From a virus (lineage: Duplodnaviria; Caudoviricetes), in IMG/VR virus record IMGVR_UViG_3300031759_000032, positions 1-54,690 of that record: 54,690 nucleotides of DNA. One strand, given 5' to 3'. The notes beneath the pieces are model-generated. The model searched no databases and was not told the DNA's origin. It saw nothing but the letters and a program-made list of their open reading frames with translations. Made by a program: the position numbers and the translations under genes. How positions within the stretch are numbered: position 1 is the first letter of the stretch; every line of letters starts with the position of its first letter. Positions 18,422-28,325 of the stretch are shown here, piece after piece.

Positions 18422-19558
18422 ATGCCTCAAAGTTCAGCGTATGCGGCAGCTTCTTATAAAGCATTAGCAGCTACCGCCGCAGCCACCGCGGCGGCTAACG
18501 CCCCTTTATTTCCAGTAGCTGCTGTTCAAACCAACCAAGTAGCTGCGCCACCTCCAGGTTATTATATAGACCAATTTGGGCAAGCCGCACCTGTCTCATC
18601 TATTTCAAACATAACGGATAGTAAGGCGAGAGCGGTCGCTGCCGCATTGGCAACCAACGCAGTAAAAGCTAGCGCAGTAGCGGCTGCGAAAGCAAGTGCC
18701 GCTGCAACCTCTTCTCAAACGTCTACGGCGGCCAAAGCAAATACTCCGTATAATATTCAATTCAATCTTCCACCCCATAAATGGAGTTTGCCAGTAGACC
18801 CCACTAATTTAGGGTATAACAAGACTAAGCAAACCAGCGCGTCCTTTAATCACGGACTTCGTAGAGCAGCTATGTGGTTCTACGATGCACCGCCTGCGGG
18901 AGACACAGCCCCTAGCAGCGCGCAAGGTTTAGTTTCCACATCCAATGCTGCAGCGGCTACGGACAAAAATTTATTTGGTTTTCAATTTTTATGGAACCCA
19001 ACCACACTAAGCAATTCTATTTCATATAATCCTGCGATGGCTCCATCATCAGCCGATGCATTTGCGCAACTAAACTCTTTGTTTACAGGCATGGAAAGCA
19101 TGCAAGTTACCGCGCAAATCAATAGAGTGATGGACTTTGCGGCGTTTAAGGCTAACCCTAACATGTCATTAAGTGAAATGGCCAGCTCGTATGCAGCGTA
19201 CAAAAACCCTCAATCTAAATCTAAGGCTGAAACCACTGAACAACAAATATCTGACCTGTTAAAACGCGGAACTATGGCGGACGTAGAGTACATCTATAGG
19301 ATGGTCAACGGCATCGGAAACGCATCTATACCTACTTTTACTAACGTCTTAGGTCGTCAAACAGCTGATTTAGCTTTTTTAGCCCCAACGGCTATAGCAA
19401 TAAAATTTGGCCCAAACCCTGATAGTTTGTCGTACGTAGGTTGGTTAACACAGGTAGATGTTCAACACCTTCAATTTACTGAAGATATGATTCCGTTAGA
19501 CACAACAGTAACCCTTAGCATTAGTGCGTTCTCTCGCACAACGTTAGCGAGCAACTAA
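18422..19558 (+). CDS. tube initiator / baseplate protein (Afp7/gpU-like)
   Basis: 'FQFLWNPT', 'V.HL.FTEDMIP'; directly follows the tape measure gene. Confidence 0.65.
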   Translation: MPQSSAYAAASYKALAATAAATAAANAPLFPVAAVQTNQVAAPPPGYYIDQFGQAAPVSSISNITDSKARAVAAALATNAVKASAVAAAKASAAATSSQTSTAAKANTPYNIQFNLPPHKWSLPVDPTNLGYNKTKQTSASFNHGLRRAAMWFYDAPPAGDTAPSSAQGLVSTSNAAAATDKNLFGFQFLWNPTTLSNSISYNPAMAPSSADAFAQLNSLFTGMESMQVTAQINRVMDFAAFKANPNMSLSEMASSYAAYKNPQSKSKAETTEQQISDLLKRGTMADVEYIYRMVNGIGNASIPTFTNVLGRQTADLAFLAPTAIAIKFGPNPDSLSYVGWLTQVDVQHLQFTEDMIPLDTTVTLSISAFSRTTLASN

Positions 19559-19839
19559 TGGCTATCTATAAAGGCTCTAGATATGAGTACTCTAAAGTAG
19601 ACTTTGTGCAAACAAAAGCTGCGGGAAATGCAAACCCTATTATCTTCTACAACATTCCTGTATTTACCAACCTTTCTTACTATGAGCATGTGTATGAAGC
19701 TGGGGAACGGATTGACCAGATATCTACTCAGTACTACAGAACACCTAAGCTTTGGTGGTTAATTGCTGCGGCTAACCCCGCAATAAATGATTTATACAAT
19801 ATACCTGCGGGAACTTCTTTAAAGGTGCCCCGTGTTTAA
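19558..19839 (+). CDS. LysM-type baseplate protein (gpX/gp53-like)
   Basis: 'GERID.IS..YY..P.LWW.IA.ANP..IPAG..L.VP'. Confidence 0.85.
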   Translation: MAIYKGSRYEYSKVDFVQTKAAGNANPIIFYNIPVFTNLSYYEHVYEAGERIDQISTQYYRTPKLWWLIAAANPAINDLYNIPAGTSLKVPRV

Positions 19840-21172
19840 TTATTTAAAAGTAACTTTTCCTAACACTACGCTATCACCAAGCAGTGTGCTCTCTTTTAAT
19901 TACTACCAAAACCGTTACAAGCATGAGGTTGCGGTCATAAAATTTAGAGATTGGAACGTTGAGTACTCTGTAATTTCTTCGGGTTCTCCTGTGCAATTTC
20001 AGATGTTTCATGGAGTTACCGCTGGGGCAGTAAAAACATTTTATGGATATGTCCACCACGTTTCACCTACCAGAACACCTGGCCAAAACATAACCGAAGT
20101 AACAGTAATCGGAGCCTCGTGGGTTATGAAAAATGAAAGCCAACATATTTATAAAGGACTATCAGCTGACGCTATAGTTACCCAAATGGCAAAAAAGTAT
20201 AAGTTTGCCTCTTTTACTGTGAGTCACCCTCGCGTGTTCCCTCAGGTGTCTCAAGCGGGACACACAGACTGGGGTCTGTTAGTTCGTCTAGCTAAACAAT
20301 GCGGCTACAGCCTACGTACAGAAAACACTGAGATTTACTTTCAGCCTATGTTGTATGAGTATACAAATTATCGTTCTCAAGCGCCTCGCTTTATTATGCG
20401 TGAGTCTAATAACCCTGGCGGTTCTACTATCTACAACTTTAAACCAATGATTGGCGAATCTATACCGTACGAACAGGAAACTAAAGCGGCTACCGCTGTG
20501 TCTGGTATAGATAGACCCTCTATAAATGGTTTATCTCTTACGCAACCTACAAGAAATAAGAAAACTAGAAGCTCTTCTAGTTTAGAATTTTTTGATAAGT
20601 ATGAGACTTCAATCGTCGCTAACAATGCCGATACTGCTAAGCACGAAGCTAAAGCGGCCGAAGACCGAGCCTCTTTCCCGTACCGCGCTACAGTTGAAGT
20701 TAAAGGAGACCCTTTACTTCGACCAGATATGCCTGTATACCTACAGGGAGTTGGAGCTCAATACGAGGGCTATTGGACAATCTTAGGCACAGAGCACAAG
20801 ATTTACGAAAAAGAGCGCAATAACCAGATATACACAACAATTTTAACTGTGGGTAGCGACTCTTTAGGTGCGGCGGTTACTTGGACAGATAATCAGACTA
20901 TTACTCAACCCGCGGCTACTCCTACTAGAACTATTATTCCAGGAGTAACGCAAACGGTTATTACCCCCAAGAGCACTTTAATAAACACAACCCCATACAA
21001 CCTTCCTCAGAAAAAGGGAACATTTGGGACACTTAATAATAGAACTGGCGACTCTATATCTAGTCCTACTTGGATTTCACAGACCGTTACGCTTAACCCT
21101 ATCTTGACAGTGCCTGGAAGCTCCTCTCCTACGCGCAGCACCGCCCAAGCCTCTATTGGAACGATAAAGTGA
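19832..21172 (+). CDS. baseplate hub (gpD/gp27/VgrG-N-like)
   Basis: 'Q...TDW.LL.RLA...GY', 'GDP.LRP...V.L.G.G..Y.G.W'. Confidence 0.85.
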   Translation: MFNYLKVTFPNTTLSPSSVLSFNYYQNRYKHEVAVIKFRDWNVEYSVISSGSPVQFQMFHGVTAGAVKTFYGYVHHVSPTRTPGQNITEVTVIGASWVMKNESQHIYKGLSADAIVTQMAKKYKFASFTVSHPRVFPQVSQAGHTDWGLLVRLAKQCGYSLRTENTEIYFQPMLYEYTNYRSQAPRFIMRESNNPGGSTIYNFKPMIGESIPYEQETKAATAVSGIDRPSINGLSLTQPTRNKKTRSSSSLEFFDKYETSIVANNADTAKHEAKAAEDRASFPYRATVEVKGDPLLRPDMPVYLQGVGAQYEGYWTILGTEHKIYEKERNNQIYTTILTVGSDSLGAAVTWTDNQTITQPAATPTRTIIPGVTQTVITPKSTLINTTPYNLPQKKGTFGTLNNRTGDSISSPTWISQTVTLNPILTVPGSSSPTRSTAQASIGTIK

Positions 21173-21528
21173 TGAACGACGAATACGATAAAAGATTTTA
21201 TGGAATTTACGAAGGCGTCTGCACTAATAATGCTGACCCAGACGGTAAATATAAAATTAAACTTATTGTTCCGCAGGTGCTGGGCAATAATGAAACAGAC
21301 TGGGCTGTTCCTTGCCTTCCTGTGGTAGTAGACGCTGACCATGGAACCTCTGGCGGCCTGACCACCACTACAAGTTCCGTTAATGATGGGGGCACTGGTT
21401 CTTCATCACACAGCCATACAGTGACGTTGACCACACATCAAAAAGTACCAAACCTTAATCAAAAGGTTTGGGTTATGTTCATTGCTGGAGACCCTAATTT
21501 TCCAGTCTGGATGGGAGTTGAACTATGA
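21169..21528 (+). CDS. minimal central spike, gp5 OB-fold
   Basis: 'YGIYEG.C..N.DP....IK..VPQV..WA.P' and 'P.....VWVMF..GDPNFPVW.G'; internal HSH. Confidence 0.85.
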   Translation: MMNDEYDKRFYGIYEGVCTNNADPDGKYKIKLIVPQVLGNNETDWAVPCLPVVVDADHGTSGGLTTTTSSVNDGGTGSSSHSHTVTLTTHQKVPNLNQKVWVMFIAGDPNFPVWMGVEL

Positions 21529-21938
21529 GTTCTGACAGCGCTATAACTCTTCCTTTTTCTTTTAATAGCTCTGGGGGTATTAGCTATACGACCGATATTC
21601 GTAAAATCTGGCAAGACCGAGTGACCTTAGTAGTTATGTCGCTAGTAGGGGAGCGGGTTATGCGACCAAATTTTGGGACAAATACGCGAGGTGCTGACTT
21701 TGAAAACACATCTAATGCTTTGTCTTTAATACAGTCCGAAATTGCCGCTGGGTTTTCAACCTGGCTACCTAATCTAACTCTTTTAGAGGTTACTGGGGCC
21801 GTAGACCCTGTAGATAACTCATTAAATATAAACGTAAGCTACCAATATGGGTTAGGTACTACCGACTCCGTGGTCTTGCGTAATGCTATCCTTGACTCTA
21901 CAGGCTCAATACTTTCGGAGGCTCCAATAAATGGCTAG
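21525..21938 (+). CDS. gp25/gpW-like baseplate wedge protein
   Basis: 'GERVMRPNFG' motif. Confidence 0.92.
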   Translation: MSSDSAITLPFSFNSSGGISYTTDIRKIWQDRVTLVVMSLVGERVMRPNFGTNTRGADFENTSNALSLIQSEIAAGFSTWLPNLTLLEVTGAVDPVDNSLNINVSYQYGLGTTDSVVLRNAILDSTGSILSEAPING

Positions 21939-23679
21939 TTATGTTCCATCGGTAGACTATACCTCTAGAGACTACTCTGCCATTTTGTCAGATATGACTA
22001 GTCTTATCCCTAACTTTACGTCCAACTGGACTAACCGCGACCCCGCTGATTTTGGCGTGGTGTTGTTGGAGCTTTTTGCTTACATGGGAGACCTATTAAG
22101 CTATTACATTGACCGCGCTGCCAACGAAGCAATGATTACTACTGCTACTCAAAGACAAAGCCTTTTGGATATCTCCACAATGCTTGGTTACGTCCCAACG
22201 CTGGCTACACCAGCGACGGCATTAGTGACGTTTACTAACACTAGCGCTAGCGCTATAACTGTTCCAGCATTAACTCAAGTGGCGACATCCTTAATTGCAA
22301 ATTCTACGACGTCTCAAGTAGTTTATGAAGTTACCTCTGCGGTAACAGTCCCTGCTCAAGTGGGGTCAACTGCTGGAACCGTAAGAACCTCAGTAACTCA
22401 AGGCGTAACTGTTTCTAACGAAAGCGTTGGAATTTCCAATGGATATCCTTCACAAGTTTATCAATTAGCTAACACTTCTGTTATCAATAATAGCACTGTC
22501 GTAGTTATTAACGGCGTAACTTACGCTCAAGTTCCCTATTTGGTTGATTATGGTAGCTATGACCCTGTTTATTCAACATACGTAGATGAAAACAATATTA
22601 CCTACGTTAAATTTGGCGATGGAGTTAGCGGCTGCGTCCCACCTAATGGAGCAACCATATATGTTACCTACAGAGTAGGTGGTGGGGTACTTGGAAACGT
22701 AGCAACAGGCCTGATTAAATATATTTTAACAATGCCTGGGTTTAACGCTATTCCAACAGGATTAAGCGCTGTCAACTCGGACGTAACTGCGGGAGATGGA
22801 GCAGCAACTGGGGGGGCGGATGCTGAATCCAATGACTCTATTCGCTATAACGCTCCTTTAAGTATTCGTTCTATCAACCGCGCAGTTGCGGTTAATGATT
22901 ACGCGTATTTAGCTACTCAAGTGCTTAACGTAGCAAAGGCTATAGCGTACGCTAGCGTTTATTCTTCTATCACTATTTACATGTTACCTTCTGGAGACCC
23001 TGGAGTATCTTCAGATAACGTTACGCCGAGCGCTACTTTTAATACGGTATCCGCAAATGTTCTTTCTTATTTAGTCAACAAAGCCCCAGGAAACACTACT
23101 ATAACCGTACAACCCCCTAAATGGGTAGGCGCGTACATTAACTTAAACATTACGGTAAATCCAACTTACAGTCAATCTGCAGTTAAAACAGCGGTTACAA
23201 CCGCTATTAACAACTTATTTTTTGTGGATAACACTTACTTTAATCAAACTATCTCTGTATCAAGTCTTTATAACGCGGTAGCGGCAGTCCCTGGTGTGGC
23301 GTATCAAAGCCTTACAAAGATGGTACGCGCAGATGCAGACCAGACCTATGTGGTTAATAACAAGCAGCTTGTATCTTCTGTGGCAACCCTAACCACGTCT
23401 ACTACCCATACTTTGACCGTAGGACAAACAGTGTCGGTAACTAACGTAGATGCCACATTCAACGGAACTTATGTAGTCACTGCGGTAACAAGTAACACGT
23501 TCTCATATGCCCTTATCGCCAGCCCTGTGAGCTCTACTCCAGTATCTGGTGGTGCAGTAACTGCGTTAACAGTTAAAGATATAGTATGCGCTGTTAGTGA
23601 AATTCCTATGATTTCCTACTCCAGTACTTTCACACTAGGAAGCTTAAATATCACTGCTACAGGTGGTGTTACTAGCTAA
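21931..23679 (+). CDS. baseplate J / gp6 / Afp11-like wedge protein
   Basis: 'DYTSRDY', 'WT.RDPADFGV.LLELFAY', 'FGDG..G..P', 'GGADAES', 'RAV...DY'. Confidence 0.92.
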   Translation: MASYVPSVDYTSRDYSAILSDMTSLIPNFTSNWTNRDPADFGVVLLELFAYMGDLLSYYIDRAANEAMITTATQRQSLLDISTMLGYVPTLATPATALVTFTNTSASAITVPALTQVATSLIANSTTSQVVYEVTSAVTVPAQVGSTAGTVRTSVTQGVTVSNESVGISNGYPSQVYQLANTSVINNSTVVVINGVTYAQVPYLVDYGSYDPVYSTYVDENNITYVKFGDGVSGCVPPNGATIYVTYRVGGGVLGNVATGLIKYILTMPGFNAIPTGLSAVNSDVTAGDGAATGGADAESNDSIRYNAPLSIRSINRAVAVNDYAYLATQVLNVAKAIAYASVYSSITIYMLPSGDPGVSSDNVTPSATFNTVSANVLSYLVNKAPGNTTITVQPPKWVGAYINLNITVNPTYSQSAVKTAVTTAINNLFFVDNTYFNQTISVSSLYNAVAAVPGVAYQSLTKMVRADADQTYVVNNKQLVSSVATLTTSTTHTLTVGQTVSVTNVDATFNGTYVVTAVTSNTFSYALIASPVSSTPVSGGAVTALTVKDIVCAVSEIPMISYSSTFTLGSLNITATGGVTS

Positions 23680-26522
23680 TGGCACGTTACGGAATTGATT
23701 ACTACGGCCTTGGAACGTACTCAGGAAGCGCGGCTGCTACAGCATCGTACTCTGCGGGTACCTTTTTAGCGAAGCCTTATAACTATGGAGCTATACAATT
23801 AACGTGGTCTACCCCGACGGCCGCCGCAGGAACTTCTATAGCTAGCTTAGTAATCGTAAGAAATCAATACGGCTTTCCAGTTAATCCGTATGATGGTACC
23901 CAAGTCCTAGTAAGTAGTGATAACACTAACCCAACATCTTTTATAGATAGCACAGGGCTATCTGGTGGTGGGTACTTTTACTATTCTTTATTTATCTACG
24001 TGTATACAGCGTCTACCAATTCATACGCATGGGTAAACGCGGGAACCGCTTATGGATTTGCGGTCACCAAGGCTGGATACACAGACCGTTTGTATGGGTC
24101 TATTCCAGATATTTATAAGATTTTAGACCCGTCCTCTGCAACGGCGGACTGGAGTAACCAAGACTTATATAACTTTTTAGCTAACTTTGGCTTTCAGCTT
24201 GATTACATGCAAAACAGCATTGACCTTTTACGCCGTAGGTACAATATCGAAAAAGTAAACGGTAACCTAGTACCAACATTAATGAATCAATTTGGATTTA
24301 CTTATGAAGGCTCCTTAGGTCTTCAGCAAAACCGTATTCTTCTTAGAGACGCTATTACATTAAATAAGCAAAAAGGAAGTAAACAAGGGCTTACCGCTTT
24401 TCTTAAAGACTTCACGGGCTATGCAATTCCTACGGCTTCTACAGCGCCTAACCCAAATGTTACTGGGGTAACACTGGGTCACAATTTAATGCTGGACTAC
24501 AATGACTCTTCTGCTGAAGAAGGCACAGGACACTGGGTTTCTTCAGATGGAACTTCAGACATGGACTGGCTTGGTACATTAAACGTCACCTCCGTTTCTC
24601 TAACCTCAAATGTGGCCACACTTGTCGTTGGTCCTCATCAATATGATGTAGGAAATTACATAACAGTAACAGGACTGCCTGCCACTTTATTTAATCAGTC
24701 GGTGCCTCAAGTAATTACGTCTATTGACCAAACTAACTCTATTAGTTTTGCATTGTCTTACGCCTCAAATGTGACCTCTACAAGCGGTTATAACTTAGCT
24801 ACTAACACATACGGCCAAATACATCCTAACCCTATTCCTTGGTCAGAGCCTACTGCCCCTAGTCTGTTTCCAAACAAGACAGGTGGAATTCTTGCGCTAT
24901 ACAACATGTCCGCTACCGCTCAAGCAATTTCTGCTTACTGCGGAGATTCCGACGCTATCGGCCAAGGCATACCTGTAACTGCGGGAACTGTTTACTCTTT
25001 TAATTTTTATGTAGCAAACGGCGGGACCGCAAGAGCGGTAACCCCTGTTATTAAGTGGTATGACCGTTTTGGTAAATACATTTCTTCTACAAGCGGAACT
25101 GCAATAACAGACACTGGGACACTGTTTTCTAGCTCGTACCGCCCTATAGTTAATGGCGTTGCTCCTACGTATGCTACAGCGCAAGCCATATCCACGTCAT
25201 TAACTCAAGCGTATTACGCAGTACCTGGCTTATCTATTGCTAGCGTTGGTGGGTCAGCAACTAATGAGCACCACTACATTGATGCGGCACAATTTGAGGT
25301 GGCACCCGCGGCCACAGTAGCTGGATTAACCGTACCTATCACGGCGGCTTCTGGAAACGGAACCACGGTAACGTATACAGCGGTTAATACGTTTGTAGCT
25401 GGGGATACAGTAAACATCACGGGAATGCTCACATCATCTTTTAATTTTACAGCTGCAGTAATAACTAGTGCTACAAGCACACAGTTCACTATAGCAAGCA
25501 CGTTAGCAACAGGTGTGGGCACCGTTACAGGTTCACCTGTTGCTGTTTTTGCTGGGAGTACTTTTGATGAGGCACGTCAACTTCATATCGTGCTAAAGGC
25601 TAATCGTATTAACGAGCTTATTAATCCACATTTTGCTTCTCCTTTAACTCCTTGGACGGTAACTAACGCGTCTAGCGTTGTTATTAATAGCATTGAAGAG
25701 CCTACCTCACCAGAATTTGCTGTTAGTACCACAGGAATTGCAGGGGGAGTAGCTACTGTAACGCTTTCTTCATACCATACATTTACAGTAGGTCAGTCTG
25801 TATTTTTAACTGGAATATCTGGTTCTGGGGTAACTCCTTCAAGTTTTAATGGGACTCAGACTGTGGCTTCTGTTACAAATAATACTTTTACATTTAATAC
25901 GGGAGCTCCTTCTCAAGCAACAACAACAACTACGGGATTTGTGTACACCGCAGGAAACACTTTAGAGATTACAGCAACAGCGCCTAGCGTTACGGTGTCC
26001 TCTTGGGACGGGGCAACTGCTTCTCAATTAATGCCTATTTATTATCCAGGAACGTCCTACTCGTTCAGCGTATGCGCGCAATCGCTATCCACCGCAGAAA
26101 ACGTTCAGTTAGCTATACAGTGGTACAACTCTTCTAAAACATTGATAGGCACCTCTCTTGGAGTATCAACCGCTCTAAGTATTGGTAACTGGGTTCGCCC
26201 TTACGTCACGGACACGGCCCCAACAACAGCCGCTTACGCTGTAGTTCAACTTTTATGGAGCACAACCACAGGACACTTCATCGCTATTGATGAGGCTCTG
26301 TTCGAGAATAATGGATTGGTCTTACCATACTTTGATGGCTCTAATGGACAAGGGCTACTCCCTTATGACTTTATGTGGGAAGGCAACGTGGTCAATGGAG
26401 CACGAAGCCATTTCTACAAGAATCGTTACAGCGTACAAACGCGTCTACTAGGTACCAATATCACTAACCAGATTAATGCGGGGTCTACGGTAGCGTTTTA
26501 CCTAGCACAGCCACAAACGTAG
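23679..26522 (+). CDS. baseplate wedge / gpI-Afp12-like protein with appended beta domains
   Basis: 'L...IP.IY', 'KQKGSKQGL..F....TGY', multiple carbohydrate-binding-like and beta modules. Confidence 0.75.
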   Translation: MARYGIDYYGLGTYSGSAAATASYSAGTFLAKPYNYGAIQLTWSTPTAAAGTSIASLVIVRNQYGFPVNPYDGTQVLVSSDNTNPTSFIDSTGLSGGGYFYYSLFIYVYTASTNSYAWVNAGTAYGFAVTKAGYTDRLYGSIPDIYKILDPSSATADWSNQDLYNFLANFGFQLDYMQNSIDLLRRRYNIEKVNGNLVPTLMNQFGFTYEGSLGLQQNRILLRDAITLNKQKGSKQGLTAFLKDFTGYAIPTASTAPNPNVTGVTLGHNLMLDYNDSSAEEGTGHWVSSDGTSDMDWLGTLNVTSVSLTSNVATLVVGPHQYDVGNYITVTGLPATLFNQSVPQVITSIDQTNSISFALSYASNVTSTSGYNLATNTYGQIHPNPIPWSEPTAPSLFPNKTGGILALYNMSATAQAISAYCGDSDAIGQGIPVTAGTVYSFNFYVANGGTARAVTPVIKWYDRFGKYISSTSGTAITDTGTLFSSSYRPIVNGVAPTYATAQAISTSLTQAYYAVPGLSIASVGGSATNEHHYIDAAQFEVAPAATVAGLTVPITAASGNGTTVTYTAVNTFVAGDTVNITGMLTSSFNFTAAVITSATSTQFTIASTLATGVGTVTGSPVAVFAGSTFDEARQLHIVLKANRINELINPHFASPLTPWTVTNASSVVINSIEEPTSPEFAVSTTGIAGGVATVTLSSYHTFTVGQSVFLTGISGSGVTPSSFNGTQTVASVTNNTFTFNTGAPSQATTTTTGFVYTAGNTLEITATAPSVTVSSWDGATASQLMPIYYPGTSYSFSVCAQSLSTAENVQLAIQWYNSSKTLIGTSLGVSTALSIGNWVRPYVTDTAPTTAAYAVVQLLWSTTTGHFIAIDEALFENNGLVLPYFDGSNGQGLLPYDFMWEGNVVNGARSHFYKNRYSVQTRLLGTNITNQINAGSTVAFYLAQPQT

Positions 26523-26534
26523 TAAGATACAAGC

Positions 26535-26813
26535 ATGCTTAATTTAATGTTGATTAGCCTGTCCACTGCATTCTTGTTAGCTCTATTCTCAGGAGTTTCT
26601 CAGCTTCTGTCTATGTTCGTTAATCCTGTGCTTGTTAACACTAGCTTTGTATTAGTGTTTAGCATTGCAACAAGTTTTCTTGTCACGGTCCCAGGGTGGA
26701 GAGCGCACATTGTTTACATAATGGCTGGGGCGTTTCTAGGAAGAACTTTCCTCACTATTGCGGAAAAAACGGCGAATTTTCACGCGACTATAGTCAGAAA
26801 TACACAAGTCTAA
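26535..26813 (+). CDS. membrane protein, possible holin
   Basis: Three hydrophobic segments in 92 aa at the end of the structural block. Confidence 0.5.
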   Translation: MLNLMLISLSTAFLLALFSGVSQLLSMFVNPVLVNTSFVLVFSIATSFLVTVPGWRAHIVYIMAGAFLGRTFLTIAEKTANFHATIVRNTQV

Positions 26814-26853
26814 AATCCTGTGTTAGTCTTCTCCTCCCCTAACAGGAGGTCCA

Positions 26854-27513
26854 ATGGACAAGCACTATGTATTAATAACAGGTAGAGGTACCACAAGTCG
26901 GGCAAATGTCGAAGCCCTTCTAGAAGACTATATCTACGCAGCAAAAGATGAACTTGTATTCGTACTTGAGTACGAAAAGTCACCGAGCCAAGGGCAAGTG
27001 TTCATTGCTCAACTAGCAAGGGGTAAAGGCAAGGACATAATTGTCTTTGCTCACCCTGACGCTAAGTTTGACGGTTTGACAACAGGGTTCACTTTCAACC
27101 CCGTCATTGATACTTTTACTGAGGCAGTAGCCTTTGTAAAGGGCGAGAAAGCCACAGCCATATTTATCTGGGACGACGAAGATGAATCCCAGCCCCCGCG
27201 AGTCCGTTTACTAAAAGACGCGGGGATTAAAAGTCAAGATATCACTCAAGGCCTAATGTTGATTAAGGTAGCCGATGGTAGCCTTAGCGCGCCCGAACCA
27301 GTTGAAATCCCTGAAGCCGAGCAGGTCGAAGAAGAGCCCCTTGAGGATGATGATTTTGAAGAGGCCGAAGAGGTTGAGGACGACGAAGAGGAACCTGACC
27401 TAGAGGATGATATCTACTATGGGATTCAGGCTTTCATTAAGGCTATCGCCAAGGCGGTCGTAGCCGAGCTCCAGAGTGCCCCAGAAACGCCTTCTAAGGG
27501 CGACGAGGCGTGA
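26854..27513 (+). CDS. hypothetical protein with acidic C-terminal tract
   Basis: AGGAGG RBS; Rossmann-like N-terminus; E/D-rich tail. Confidence 0.65.
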   Translation: MDKHYVLITGRGTTSRANVEALLEDYIYAAKDELVFVLEYEKSPSQGQVFIAQLARGKGKDIIVFAHPDAKFDGLTTGFTFNPVIDTFTEAVAFVKGEKATAIFIWDDEDESQPPRVRLLKDAGIKSQDITQGLMLIKVADGSLSAPEPVEIPEAEQVEEEPLEDDDFEEAEEVEDDEEEPDLEDDIYYGIQAFIKAIAKAVVAELQSAPETPSKGDEA

Positions 27514-28325
27514 TTACATCTCGCGCCCTAGGCGTCTACTACTACCTAAAGGGTTCAGGGGCTAATATAAGCGCTGAGAGCCTTTCCCGCGTTTTCCCCG
27601 AAGGGCGGAAGGTATTCCTCTCCGTCCTGAAGGAGCTCCGTGAGGTGGGTCTGATTTCGACCACCCGCGAGACGGTCAACGGCAAGTTCGTGACCGTATC
27701 CCGCTTAACCGATGGGAGTCCCAAAACGGAACTCCTGTTACAGCAGTATGAGCAGAATAGCAATTTAATACTAAATGCTTATTCACTTAAATCATTAGAA
27801 AGAGTTCACGGCGGAGCCGTGAAAGGAGCAAACGTGGAAGATTATTCTCTTGGAAGATACGAAGTTGACGAGGATGACCGTCAAGAGCAAATCCGCAAAG
27901 CCCGTAAGAAGACTCAAGACGATTACGCAGAACTCAAGACTGCTGAAGCCACCCGTAAGAGCGAGGCTAAGTCCGCTCAGGCTCCCATAGATTGGAGCAC
28001 GGATGCCTCGGTTTATGAATTCGCTGACCGCATGGGTCATATGTGGAACGTTCAACCTTGGACTACGGCTCGTACTCGGTTCAAGGGCGCTTTTGCTAAG
28101 TGCCGCAAAATCCACAGCACCAACGGCGAGATTGAACTCAAGATGATGGACCGCTTCTTTGCAGGCCTTGAGCACCAGAAACACATCAACGACCCAGAAG
28201 TTATTTGGAAGATGTTTATTAAAAACTACGCTAGCATCCTGCTTGATGTTGAGCGCAGTACTGTGACCCAAGAAGATATAGCCGTTGCTGAGGACATCTC
28301 CGCGCGACAGATGGAGAGGTTCTAA
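27510..28325 (+). CDS. putative replication initiator (N-terminal winged helix)
   Basis: 'LKELREVGLI' wHTH-like segment; directly upstream of a DnaC-like ATPase. Confidence 0.6.
   Translation: MITSRALGVYYYLKGSGANISAESLSRVFPEGRKVFLSVLKELREVGLISTTRETVNGKFVTVSRLTDGSPKTELLLQQYEQNSNLILNAYSLKSLERVHGGAVKGANVEDYSLGRYEVDEDDRQEQIRKARKKTQDDYAELKTAEATRKSEAKSAQAPIDWSTDASVYEFADRMGHMWNVQPWTTARTRFKGAFAKCRKIHSTNGEIELKMMDRFFAGLEHQKHINDPEVIWKMFIKNYASILLDVERSTVTQEDIAVAEDISARQMERF

Noticed and set aside
12008-26522. Stand-alone bacterial eCIS or tailocin locus
   Set aside because: It is flanked by phage neck, replication and RNR genes, with no host housekeeping genes and no Afp15-type ATPase.
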